From a bacterium (lineage in GTDB: Bacteria > Patescibacteriota > Minisyncoccia > UBA6257 > 2-01-FULL-56-20): a stretch of DNA of 55,970 nt. The translations under genes and the position numbers were made by a program. Numbering within the stretch: the first letter of the stretch is position 1; each line of letters begins with the position of its first letter. The notes beneath the pieces are model-generated. The model made no database searches. It was not told the DNA's origin and saw only the letters and a list, made by a program, of their open reading frames with translations. Positions 8,549-16,734 of the stretch are shown here, piece after piece. The stretch is taken from contig JAJYDL010000001.1 of NCBI GenBank assembly GCA_021777495.1, positions 1 to 55,970 on the forward strand. Reading direction: 5' to 3'.

Positions 8549-9208
8549 TCAGAAAAGCCCCGACGGAGCCCCGGCCGTTCCTTTGCCGCCCTTCTTCGGT
8601 CCGCCGAACGGCGGTGCGGTCACCTTCGGCATCACGGCAGGGGGCGGTTCCGCGGCCATTCGCCCCGAAAGCACGTCGGGGATCTTCCCGAAATCCTCCC
8701 TCAAGACCTTCATCATCTCCGCCGAGCGCAGCGCCGCCGCCGGATGATAGACGGGGAACACCGTTCTCCCGCCCACGAGAAGCGCGCGGCCATGGTCCCT
8801 CGTCATCTTCGCGTCGGGAAGGAAATAGTTCATGGCGAAGCGTCCGAGCGTCACGATAAGCTTCGGCCCGATGGCGTCGATCTGCCTTGTAAGGTAGGGC
8901 TTATACGCCGCGATCTCCCCGGGGAGCGGGTCGCGATTCTCCGGAGGACGCCGCTTCACGATGTTCGTGATGTAGACGTCTTCGCGCTTCCATCCGAGCC
9001 CGCGGATCATGTCATCGAGAAGCCGTCCTCCTCGCCCGACGAAGGGGCGCTTGAGGCGATCTTCGTTCGCACCGGGCGCTTCGCCGATGAACATCACCGC
9101 GCACTCCACGTTCCCCTCGCCGAAGACGAGGTTCGCGGGCCGGAGCGGAAGCGCCGCGTCCACCTCCATCTCCTGTTCGATCTCCGCAAGCGCCGCATGC
9201 GTGTCCAT
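8549..9208 (-). CDS. uracil-DNA glycosylase, family 4
   Basis: Motifs GEAPGANED, FVGRGG and HPAAALR. The C-terminal tail is Pro/Gly-rich. Confidence 0.9.
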   Translation of the reverse strand: MDTHAALAEIEQEMEVDAALPLRPANLVFGEGNVECAVMFIGEAPGANEDRLKRPFVGRGGRLLDDMIRGLGWKREDVYITNIVKRRPPENRDPLPGEIAAYKPYLTRQIDAIGPKLIVTLGRFAMNYFLPDAKMTRDHGRALLVGGRTVFPVYHPAAALRSAEMMKVLREDFGKIPDVLSGRMAAEPPPAVMPKVTAPPFGGPKKGGKGTAGAPSGLF

Positions 9209-9251
9209 GGCTCCATTATATAAGGAGGAGGACCCGGCCGCGAGCGGGCCG

Positions 9252-9917
9252 CTAGCGCGGCCTTTTGATCACCTCGATCACCTTGCCATTCACGAAGAAA
9301 TCGTCGTCGGCGCCGACATAGATGGGCGCGAAGTCCTCCGTCGAATCCGAGGTGAGCACCACCTGATTGTGGGCGGCATCTTTATGGAATCGTTTTACGT
9401 TCGCCGCGCCGTCGATCACGGAAAGGATGACGTCGCCCTCCGCCGGAACGCAATCGCCCCCATCCACGATGAGATAGTCGCCGTTATCGATCGTCTCCCC
9501 GTGCACCTTCGCCTGGTTCATGGAAAACCCGTCCGCACGCACCGCGAAAAGCCCTTTATTACTCGCGCGATGCACGAGTGAATTCGATACGCGCAGATAG
9601 CCCGCCACATTCTCCTCCGCAAGCACCTCTGCGGGACCGCAGTTCGCCACACCCACGATCGGGATCTGGAGAAGGCGCTTCCCGTGCTCAAGGAACCCGT
9701 CGATCCAGCCGTCCTTCGGTTTCTCGATGGTGCCCCTCACCCTATCGATCCGCAACAGCCCCTTTTTTTCCAGCTGCTGCAGATGATGCTTTATCTTCTG
9801 CGCCGAACGATCTCCTACAAGCTCCCCTATCTCCCGCAGGGAAAGGTTCGAAATGTTCCGATTCTTCGCAAGGCGCAGGAGCTTTTCCTGTATCGGATGC
9901 AGTTTTTGGGTTTCCAT
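9252..9917 (-). CDS. lexA: LexA-like transcriptional repressor (S24 peptidase)
   Basis: N-terminal wHTH (SLREIGELVGDRSAQKIKHHLQQLEKKGLL) and S24 catalytic region (ADGFSMNQ ... NVKRF). The ATG is at 9917 (METQKLHP). Confidence 0.9.
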   Translation of the reverse strand: METQKLHPIQEKLLRLAKNRNISNLSLREIGELVGDRSAQKIKHHLQQLEKKGLLRIDRVRGTIEKPKDGWIDGFLEHGKRLLQIPIVGVANCGPAEVLAEENVAGYLRVSNSLVHRASNKGLFAVRADGFSMNQAKVHGETIDNGDYLIVDGGDCVPAEGDVILSVIDGAANVKRFHKDAAHNQVVLTSDSTEDFAPIYVGADDDFFVNGKVIEVIKRPR

Positions 9918-9936
9918 TTTTTTTGGTGTTGTCCGT

Positions 9937-9986
9937 ATTATACCATGCCATTCTGGACAATTGTCAACTATTCTTGACACTTGACA
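9937..9986 (-). promoter_or_regulatory. lexA promoter with candidate operator repeats
   Basis: Read on the minus strand: TTGACA (9967-9962), 19 nt, TGgTATAAT (-10 at 9942-9937). The palindrome GACAATTGTC (9956-9965) overlaps the -35 element. A tandem CTTGACA CTTGACA lies at 9973-9986. Confidence 0.55.
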
Positions 9987-10202
9987 ATCCCCCGGAGCGG
10001 GCGTACCATGGAAGGGTAGACAGCAAAAGGGCATTTCCTCGCGAAAAGGTCGCACAATCATCACTCACCCATCATTATGAAAACCGTCCGCATGGGCAAC
10101 AACTTCATCACGTTCCTTTCCTTCAAGAGAATCCCTTCGGGCACACGGCGCGGGTTCGGCTTTTTCTTCCTCTAATCCCCGCCATGCCATCAGATTTCCG
10201 AT

Positions 10203-10234
10203 AAATCCCGCCGCACCGCCGGCGGGATTTTATT
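10203..10234. terminator. hairpin terminator just outside the IS30 end
   Basis: AAATCCCGCCG-caccgc-CGGCGGGATTT followed by TTATT. Confidence 0.55.
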
Positions 10235-10253
10235 CTCCGCACCCCCGCTGCAC

Positions 10254-11322
10254 CCTGCATTCTAGTTTGAATTGCAACGACCATTGAACACCTCTCGCGG
10301 AGTGCGGTAGCCGTGCCGCTTTCTTGGCCTGTCATTGAGCAGTCGGACGGCGCGGTCAATATCAGATTGTTTCACGGTAGCAAATTCCATCCCTTTCGGA
10401 AAGAACTGGCGCAAGAGTCCGTTCCAGTTCTCGTTCGATCCGCGCTCCCAGGAGTGGTAGGGGGTCGCGCGATATACTTTCATGCCGGTTTCCTCTTCAA
10501 GAAGGAGATCATAGTCCCCAAACTCGGCGCCGTTGTCGCGGGTCATCGTGCGGCGTTTCTTTTGGGGAATTTTTTTGAATCTTCTGCGGATAATCGCATG
10601 CACGTTTTCCGCAGTGACGATCTCCACCTTGTCCGCCGCACCGAACCCGCTCACACGGTCCACGTGCGTGAGCATCCGCTGCTTTTTCGTCCGGTCGATG
10701 ATAGTGTCTCCCTCCCAGTCGCCGATACGGGTACGCGCGAGGACGATCGCGGGGCGCTCCTCGATCTTCCTGATTTTCATTGCTTCCCGCTTTGCTGCGC
10801 GGGCCTTCGTGCCCCGCTTCCTCCGGTAGTTTCCTTTTTCATAACGGAGATATTTCCCAAGATCGGGCCGGTCCTCGTAGAGGAACCGGTAGATGCTTTC
10901 ATGGGAAATGACGGTCTTCTTCGCAATGCGCTTCAACCGTCCTGCGATCTGTTCCGGCGACCAGCAGTGTTCGATCCGGTCCACGATGTAGCGCCGCAAT
11001 GAAGGATCGTTCCTGATTTTCTGCGAAGTAGCTTTGGAACCCTTCCTTCGTCCCTGCGCTTTCCGATGGGCGGATGCTCCGCGGTAGATGCCATCATCAT
11101 CCTTGTTCCGTGTGATCTCGCGGCTCACCGCGCCCGGATCTTTTCCAAGCCGTTTTGCGATGACCGCCTGTGTTTTCCCGGCCCACAGGAGCTGGGCGAG
11201 TGCAATCCGGTCGTCATGAGTGAACTGGGCATGCGGCATCTCGGTGTGTATGGGTTTATATGGGTATCGATGTACCGATATTTTCCCCGAAAGAGATGTT
11301 GCAATTCAAGATTGAATTTGCG
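10254..11322 (-). mobile_element. IS30-family insertion sequence (complete copy 2, about 1.07 kb)
   Basis: Single transposase ORF. Imperfect terminal inverted repeats: GTTGCAATTCAA... at 11298-11322 versus the reverse complement of 10254-10278 (first 12 nt identical, 18/25 overall). The right boundary is defined by loss of identity with copy 1. Confidence 0.85.
10262..11239 (-). CDS. IS30 family transposase
   Basis: 325 aa. N-terminal HTH (DRIALAQLLWAGKTQAVIAKRLGKDPGAVSREI) and a DDE integrase core (WEGDTI ... TRDNGAEF ... PYHSWERGSNENWNGLLRQFFPKG). Confidence 0.93.
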   Translation of the reverse strand: MPHAQFTHDDRIALAQLLWAGKTQAVIAKRLGKDPGAVSREITRNKDDDGIYRGASAHRKAQGRRKGSKATSQKIRNDPSLRRYIVDRIEHCWSPEQIAGRLKRIAKKTVISHESIYRFLYEDRPDLGKYLRYEKGNYRRKRGTKARAAKREAMKIRKIEERPAIVLARTRIGDWEGDTIIDRTKKQRMLTHVDRVSGFGAADKVEIVTAENVHAIIRRRFKKIPQKKRRTMTRDNGAEFGDYDLLLEEETGMKVYRATPYHSWERGSNENWNGLLRQFFPKGMEFATVKQSDIDRAVRLLNDRPRKRHGYRTPREVFNGRCNSN

Positions 11323-11432
11323 CACGGTGAATTGCATTATTTCTTATATATGATATAATATGCCCAGTGCATCGATCCGTCCCCGGAGGAAGGTCGGAAG
11401 ATCGTCCCTCATCGATGCAAGAAAGGAGGAGT

Positions 11433-11816
11433 ATGGGTTCGCACTCATATTCACCGATGGCGTACGTCCGGAGGGCGTTCGCTATCGCATACGGCGGGAT
11501 CCGCAGGATCCGCAGAGAAATACCTCTCCGGATACACTGGAAGCTGCGGATGGGGACGCCGTTCCCTACGTGCCGCAAGGAACGAAGGACGGCATTCCTG
11601 TACGCCACGCGCGTCCTGAAAAGCGTTGCGAATGCGTACGTGGGGTCGCCCGATCCCCTGATGCGGGACGTCGCCCTCGCTATGTACCGCAAGGAGCTTG
11701 CGCTCTTCCGGGACGTGCGGCTCCGTTTTAAAAAGCGGTGGGACGATCCCCGTGCGTTCCTCCAATCGCTCCGGGCCGGAGCACGGGCGAGCACACCGAT
11801 GAAAGCGTGCCGCTGA
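11433..11816 (+). CDS. hypothetical basic protein (orphan)
   Basis: AAAGGAGG precedes ATG 11433. The 127-aa protein is Arg-rich, and its own terminator lies at 11831-11857. Confidence 0.6.
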   Translation: MGSHSYSPMAYVRRAFAIAYGGIRRIRREIPLRIHWKLRMGTPFPTCRKERRTAFLYATRVLKSVANAYVGSPDPLMRDVALAMYRKELALFRDVRLRFKKRWDDPRAFLQSLRAGARASTPMKACR

Positions 11817-11830
11817 ACCATTCGGCCTTT

Positions 11831-11857
11831 GCCCTGCATATCTGCGGGGCTTTTCTT
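11831..11857 (+). terminator. intrinsic terminator
   Basis: GCCCTGC-atatct-GCGGGGC (one G.U pair) followed by TTTTCTT. Confidence 0.6.
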
Positions 11858-11992
11858 ATAATAGGCGCGTTTCTGAATGATAATTGCGCCTTTTGCCTGA
11901 ATATTGACAAATATATTATTATATGTAATAATTTTCCCTAGGTCCTTGAGACCCCATTCCACCGCCCCAAGGGGCAGAAAGCGAGGGCTGAG

Positions 11993-12706
11993 ATGCAGCC
12001 CATTTTCATAGCATGTACCGCAGGAGTAATGGACGGGAAGGCACGCTGCCGCAACGAACGCGGCAAGTGCTCCGTTCACGCCCGGCCAGAGTACTGGAGC
12101 CCCGCGCCGACGCCGACAGCAATTATACTGAAGGTCAACGTCAATGAGCGGTGGGAGCGCCGCCTGTTGGCCGCCGGCATCACGATCCAAACACGCACGT
12201 ACGATCGTGCACTCCAGCTCGAGGAACGCCGCGTGGCGTCCGCCTCCGCGCTCGGACGGAATGCATATTCCGTTCGGGAGTTGTCAGGGCGTGACAGTCA
12301 CCACACCCCGGAATCAGCCGACACGGGATGTCCCGTGTTCGGGAAGGCCGGACTTTCAGAAATGAAAGTCTCAGTGAAGGACCTTGTCGACGAGTTCTTC
12401 GCCGCAGGATTTGTGCTCACGGGAGCGCATCTTCTGCGGCGAGAGCACAAGCCGCCGGTGCGGCTGGTGCTCGAATTCTCCCGGCCATCGTCAAAGCCGG
12501 AGCTTGTCCGTTTTCCTTGGAGTACCGTTCACGAGCTCCTCGCGACGACATTCGACCAGATTGACGTCTGGGCGAACGAAACTGCGGCCGACGGTAAAAC
12601 GGTGCACACCGTGAACTGCGGCCGGCGCGCGGACGGGGCCGCGCCCAAACTCCGTCTGCGGTATGCAGGCGGAATGTGGGAGGTCCAAGAGGTTGCAGTT
12701 TCTTAA
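11993..12706 (+). CDS. hypothetical protein (orphan)
   Basis: 237-aa ORF with GC3 bias throughout. GAGGG lies 6 nt upstream of the ATG. An AT-rich promoter-like region (TTGACA 11904-11909; TATAAT 11857-11862) lies upstream and a terminator downstream. An alternative short start exists at 12362. Confidence 0.5.
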   Translation: MQPIFIACTAGVMDGKARCRNERGKCSVHARPEYWSPAPTPTAIILKVNVNERWERRLLAAGITIQTRTYDRALQLEERRVASASALGRNAYSVRELSGRDSHHTPESADTGCPVFGKAGLSEMKVSVKDLVDEFFAAGFVLTGAHLLRREHKPPVRLVLEFSRPSSKPELVRFPWSTVHELLATTFDQIDVWANETAADGKTVHTVNCGRRADGAAPKLRLRYAGGMWEVQEVAVS

Positions 12707-12716
12707 GCTTCTATCA

Positions 12717-12757
12717 AGGGCCGTCATTGCGCATGCAATGCCGGCCCTTCACTTTTT
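12717..12757. terminator. long hairpin terminator between convergent genes
   Basis: AGGGCCGtCATTGC-gcat-GCAATGcCGGCCCT followed by tcaCTTTTT. Confidence 0.7.
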
Positions 12758-12823
12758 ATATATTCCTTTATTTATCCGCCGCGGCGGCGCCTCGGATGCT
12801 CGCGCGTATCCGCCTTATCCGTC

Positions 12824-14263
12824 TTACTCCCCTCCCTCACCCGCATCAATATCCGCCTGGCGCCGCTCGAGCACCGTCCTGAACCGCGCGAGCACGGGCG
12901 CAAGCGTACCATCCCCGAGGATCGCCTTCGGATCGACGCTCTCCATGGAAATGCCCGGCACCGCAGGAAGTCCCGATGCGAGGGAGAACATATTCATAAG
13001 GAAGCTTGTGGCATACGATCCCTTCGGAAGGAAGAACGATACCGCCCCCACATTCCCTTCGAACGATGCCTTGCGGACATCCACGCTCTGCAGCGTCACG
13101 CACCGCCGCGATTCCACCCTCACGAACGGGAAATCCCTCCAGGAACGCGCGGGGAGCGAAACGGCGTCCCTCTCCAGATATTCCGCATAGGGCCTCCAGT
13201 CCGCCTTGTCGAACGAGGTGAGGAACGGCAGCTCGAGCGGCACCTCGCCGGAGCGGATGAGCGCCGAAAGTTTTTCATTGAAGAGGAGGCTGTCGTATGC
13301 ATAGAACCAAAGCCGCACCTGGTCCGGCACTTCGTGCAGCGCACCGAGAAAGTCGTCCGGCCTCTCGATGAGGCGCGCCATGAACGTCCGCTCTATCCCG
13401 AAATGATACGGGAACCGGTCGAGCATCTCCCGGATCGCTCCCCAGTCGCCCCATCGCTCTTCCGCATCCTTCCGGATCGCCGCGAAGTACGGCAGCTCTC
13501 GCGGAGCGCGGTGCGTGACGAACATCTTCACGACCTCGCCGTATTTCCCCTGCACGAGAAGGCGGCCGAGTTCGTGCGCGATGAGCCTCGGCGTGCCGAA
13601 GCGCTGAAGATAGAAAAAGTTCCAGAACCCCTCCTCCTTCGCGATCGCAAGCTGCTCTTCCACGAAGGCCTTCGCCGTCCCCGAGAGCGGCTCCGCGAAC
13701 CTGAGCGCGATCGTGAACTCGTTCCCTTTGAGATCCCCGTTCGCCACAACCCCCTTCCCCCTTCGGATATCCCGCAGAAAAAAATTCTCCTCGTTCACGC
13801 GCGAAAGCGCGCCTCCGTCCGCAAGCCCCCGGATGCTGATCGCCTGCGCCGTAAGCGCAAGCCGGTCCTTCACGCCCGCGAACCCGATGTTCCTGCCCTC
13901 GATCCCCAGCGCATGCGCAAGCCGGTCCTTCGCTTCGAGGGTGGATACTCCCACCTTCACAAGGTCCGCATAGTACGTATTCCCCTCCGCCTCCTCGGCC
14001 GGTACGGCAGCCGCATCTTCCTTCGCCGCCGCGGCACGCACCTTTCCCTCGCGGTCCATCTCCTCCACGATGAAGTCCTGCGGCATCAGTTTCAGGTACG
14101 CCACCGGCCTTCCCTCCGGCAGGCCGCCGATGCCCACCGCACGAAGCACCTCATCGTCATCGATCATCGGCGGCCGTACGAAAAGCTCCGGCGCGTTCCT
14201 TCGCTCCGTTTCAAAGAGCGCCCGTTCGCGCTCACGCTCCTCGTCCGTGATCCTCAGCATCAA
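12824..14263 (-). CDS. truD: tRNA pseudouridine(13) synthase TruD
   Basis: TruD motifs FIVEEM and GFAGVKDRLALTAQ. The track start is TTG 14263. ATG 14260 lies 7 nt downstream of TGcGATAAT. Confidence 0.88.
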   Translation of the reverse strand: MMLRITDEERERERALFETERRNAPELFVRPPMIDDDEVLRAVGIGGLPEGRPVAYLKLMPQDFIVEEMDREGKVRAAAAKEDAAAVPAEEAEGNTYYADLVKVGVSTLEAKDRLAHALGIEGRNIGFAGVKDRLALTAQAISIRGLADGGALSRVNEENFFLRDIRRGKGVVANGDLKGNEFTIALRFAEPLSGTAKAFVEEQLAIAKEEGFWNFFYLQRFGTPRLIAHELGRLLVQGKYGEVVKMFVTHRAPRELPYFAAIRKDAEERWGDWGAIREMLDRFPYHFGIERTFMARLIERPDDFLGALHEVPDQVRLWFYAYDSLLFNEKLSALIRSGEVPLELPFLTSFDKADWRPYAEYLERDAVSLPARSWRDFPFVRVESRRCVTLQSVDVRKASFEGNVGAVSFFLPKGSYATSFLMNMFSLASGLPAVPGISMESVDPKAILGDGTLAPVLARFRTVLERRQADIDAGEGGE

Positions 14264-14283
14264 GGGAATTATCGCACAATGCG

Positions 14284-15204
14284 TTATTTCTCAAAAATAA
14301 AAAGATGGTGGATGTCGCGGATGGTCGGCTGATCGTAGCCGAGATCCTCGGATTTTGTGACCCGCCATCCGTGCGCCTTGAATCGCTCCTCCCATCCGCT
14401 CGGCGTTTCGTAGGTTCCGGGGACCGGAACGTCGGCATTATGGAAAAGGCGGTTGTACAAATAATCGTTTGCGAACGTCCGCTCGGCGTCTTTCTTTATC
14501 TCTTCCTCATTATCGCCCGTCGGCACGGTTTCGATGACGACGAGCTTCTTTGCCGTGATCCTTGAAAGCTCTTCGAGGATCATCCCGTTGTTCCTCTCGT
14601 GATGCGCAACGTTCGTCATGAGCGCGGCCTCGTATGCGCCGTCGGCTGCATCGACGCGCGTGCCGTCAAGGATCTTCACGGGAACCGTCACGCCGGGCGC
14701 CTTATAGTCCCGTACGTCGCCGCCCTCTACGTCGAGGTGCAGTTCGGTATCGTCATGCAGGCGCTGCGCGACCTGGCCGTCGCCCGTGCCGTAATCGAAA
14801 ACTTTTCCTTTGACGCCGGCGAAATGGGGGCGCACCTGCGACGCGATCAGTTCCGCGCGGCCCTTCAGTTTCTCGTGGAGAACGTCCACGAGATTCTTCT
14901 TTTTGCCTTCCCCGTCCTCTATATAGATTGCATTGAACCGCTCGAGTATTTTCGCCTCGATCGAATCAAGCCGTCCTTCGCCGGAGAGCGCCGCGATCAC
15001 TTCGCCGCACAGTTCCTGCGCGGCGGCATCGTCCAGGCCCAGCTGCTTGAATGTGTACGCGAAATCATCTTCGATCTTCTCTTTGGTTTCGGGGTCGCCG
15101 AACGCCTCGATGAGGCGCTCCTTCATGGTATTCAATTCCTCCGCCTTCTCCGGGGCAACATCCGCTTCATTTGAGGGGATGCGGTCGGGATTATAGGTAT
15201 CCAT
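14284..15204 (-). CDS. class I SAM-dependent methyltransferase
   Basis: Motif I VFDYGTGDGQVA, after an N-terminal helical extension of about 130 aa. ATG 15204 (MDTYNPDR) is preferred, with 15237 as an alternative. Confidence 0.75.
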   Translation of the reverse strand: MDTYNPDRIPSNEADVAPEKAEELNTMKERLIEAFGDPETKEKIEDDFAYTFKQLGLDDAAAQELCGEVIAALSGEGRLDSIEAKILERFNAIYIEDGEGKKKNLVDVLHEKLKGRAELIASQVRPHFAGVKGKVFDYGTGDGQVAQRLHDDTELHLDVEGGDVRDYKAPGVTVPVKILDGTRVDAADGAYEAALMTNVAHHERNNGMILEELSRITAKKLVVIETVPTGDNEEEIKKDAERTFANDYLYNRLFHNADVPVPGTYETPSGWEERFKAHGWRVTKSEDLGYDQPTIRDIHHLFIFEK

Positions 15205-15258
15205 AAGGGGTGATATGCCTAGTATAACAGCCCGCATCTTTCACTGCACGCATAATGC

Positions 15259-15280
15259 TCTGTGCTCTCGGCAGGAATCG
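15259..15280 (-). repeat. 22-nt exact direct repeat of the tRNA-Arg 3' end (att-like scar)
   Basis: tctgtgctctcggcaggaatcg at 15259-15280 is identical to 15423-15444, which covers part of the T-loop, the 3' T-stem strand, the 3' acceptor strand and 4 nt of flank of the tRNA. Confidence 0.85.
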
Positions 15281-15391
15281 CCCGCGAGTCCCGCACTCGC
15301 CGCCGCTCGTGCGGGCTCTGGGCACCGCCTCACCGATTTTCGCTGCTGCGAAAATCGGCTCCGGCGTTCGATTCCCTCCATAAGCTAAAAC

Positions 15392-15420
15392 AAAAAGAGA
15401 CCTTTTCGGATCTCTTTTTG
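15392..15420 (-). terminator. intrinsic terminator downstream of tRNA-Arg
   Basis: Minus strand: AGAGAuCC-gaaa-GGTCTCT followed by TTTTTGTTTT. Confidence 0.6.
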
Positions 15421-15426
15421 TTTCTG

Positions 15427-15498
15427 TGCTCTCGGCAGGAATCGAACCTGCATCTTCTCCTTCGGAGGGAGATGTTCTATCCATTGGACTACGAGAGC
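15427..15498 (-). tRNA. tRNA-Arg (anticodon CCG)
   Basis: Manual cloverleaf: acceptor GCTCTCG/CGAGAGC, anticodon arm TCTCC-CTCCGAA-GGAGA, T-arm GCAGG-TTCGATT-CCTGC, discriminator A. CCA is not encoded. Confidence 0.9.
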
Positions 15499-15544
15499 GC
15501 CGTACGGGCTTCTCTGCGGCATGCCGCACGCCCCACGCCGCTTA

Positions 15545-16720
15545 CTAATGTACTACAAACGAGGCGATCTCGTAAACCGCGGCGGCCACGAAGACCGCGG
15601 CGGCAAGATCGAGAAACACCTTTTCGATGCGCCCCAAGGACAAGGCCCGGCGGCCCACGGAAATGATGAGGAGGTATTGCACCGCGAGGAATACGCCGCC
15701 CACAATACCCACGACGACGAGGAAATCCCTGAGCCCGAACCCGATGAGCGCCGGGGGGACGAACATGATGACCGCGCGGACGAATCCCTTGTTCCAGCCG
15801 AGGTCTTTTTCAAGCGAATTCCGGATCTCGCGCGAAATGGGGATATATGCCGTCCCCACCGCGATGAGCCCCATGAGCGCTCCCACCTCGCGCTCCCAGA
15901 GCGGCCATCCCGCGAGGCCCGATGCGGTGTCCGGCGTGACCACGGGAGCGGACCCGAGAATGCCCGCGGAAAAAAGCGCGTAGAGGAGCGCCGCAAAGAA
16001 CGTGCCCTGTGCAAGCGCCGCCCACGGGATGCGCTCCTTCGATGACGAAGGCCTCGGGGCCGGCATTCCCGTACGCTCCGCCTCCTCCGCCGCAGCCGCG
16101 CGCCGCGCCTCATAGACGGTCTCTATCCCCGTCCATCCCGCAAGGGAAAAAAGCACCGCGCCGAACGGAAGGAACAGATAGTGCGGGTCCCATGGCGGTG
16201 CGCCCGCAAAGAGCGCGCCTCCCGACAGGATCCCGGGGAATGCCGCGGAGAACATCGCGATCACCGCCGCCGCGGTGGCGGTGATACCCGCGAGCTCGAG
16301 CTCCCGCGCGTAACGGTTCGTAAGAAAGAGCGGGACGGAAATGAGCGCCCAGAACGCCACGAACGCGAACCGCCACGACACCCCGGGAAACGCGAGGCGC
16401 ACGAACTCCGCGCCGAGGAGCAGATAGGCGAGGAGCGTAAGAAGCAGGCCGCCGACGATCGCGGCGAGCGCGGTCCAGAACCCTTCCCGGCCGAAATACG
16501 TCCGCGCAAGGCCCACAAGCCTTTTCTTTTCCTCCTCCTTCTCGAGCGTTTCAAGATAGACGCGGTGCGCGAGCACCACGATCGCTCCGAGCACCGCGAA
16601 GTAGCAGAGCGCCACGAACCATCCCGCGCGCATGAACACGTAGGGAAGGGCGAATATCCCATCCCCCACCGTTGCGGCCGTCACAAGGGCCGCCATCTCG
16701 AGCCGCTTCATCGAGGCCAT
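15545..16720 (-). CDS. amino-acid transporter-like polytopic membrane protein
   Basis: 391 aa with about 11 hydrophobic helices. The N-terminal TVGDGIFALPYVF resembles amino-acid/aromatic amino-acid permeases. Confidence 0.7.
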   Translation of the reverse strand: MASMKRLEMAALVTAATVGDGIFALPYVFMRAGWFVALCYFAVLGAIVVLAHRVYLETLEKEEEKKRLVGLARTYFGREGFWTALAAIVGGLLLTLLAYLLLGAEFVRLAFPGVSWRFAFVAFWALISVPLFLTNRYARELELAGITATAAAVIAMFSAAFPGILSGGALFAGAPPWDPHYLFLPFGAVLFSLAGWTGIETVYEARRAAAAEEAERTGMPAPRPSSSKERIPWAALAQGTFFAALLYALFSAGILGSAPVVTPDTASGLAGWPLWEREVGALMGLIAVGTAYIPISREIRNSLEKDLGWNKGFVRAVIMFVPPALIGFGLRDFLVVVGIVGGVFLAVQYLLIISVGRRALSLGRIEKVFLDLAAAVFVAAAVYEIASFVVH

Positions 16721-16734
16721 TGGCGCATCCCCCG

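Noticed and set aside
10077-10175. 32-codon ORF (MKTVRMGNNFITFLSFKRIPSGTRRGFGFFFL) between lexA and the IS30 end, followed by the 10203-10234 hairpin.
   Set aside because: It is too short, has no RBS or promoter signal, and has no recognisable family. It is noted only as a possible small peptide or sRNA locus.
11306-12190. 294-aa minus-strand ORF spanning the accessory region.
   Set aside because: It crosses a plus-strand SD, gene and terminator set and the AT-rich promoter island. It has no RBS or promoter and an implausible composition. The plus-strand ORFs explain the region better.
12340-12360. The minus-strand sequence CTGAAAGTCCGG resembles the RNase P RNA CR-I motif (GAGGAAAGUCCGG), and the 11.95-12.36 kb region is hairpin-rich.
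   Set aside because: No other universally conserved RNase P elements were found on either strand (GGUAAGAGCGCACC-type P10-12 region, ACAGAA..CGGCUUA CR-IV/V). The region also shows in-frame GC3 bias consistent with coding (ORF 11993-12706). cmsearch with the RNase P models would settle it.
15300-15385. Plus-strand tRNA-like fragment (GGCGTTCGATTCCCTCCA) between the tRNA-Arg repeats.
   Set aside because: No T-stem pairing, acceptor stem or anticodon arm can be drawn. It is treated as a fragment within the att-like scar, not as a tRNA gene.
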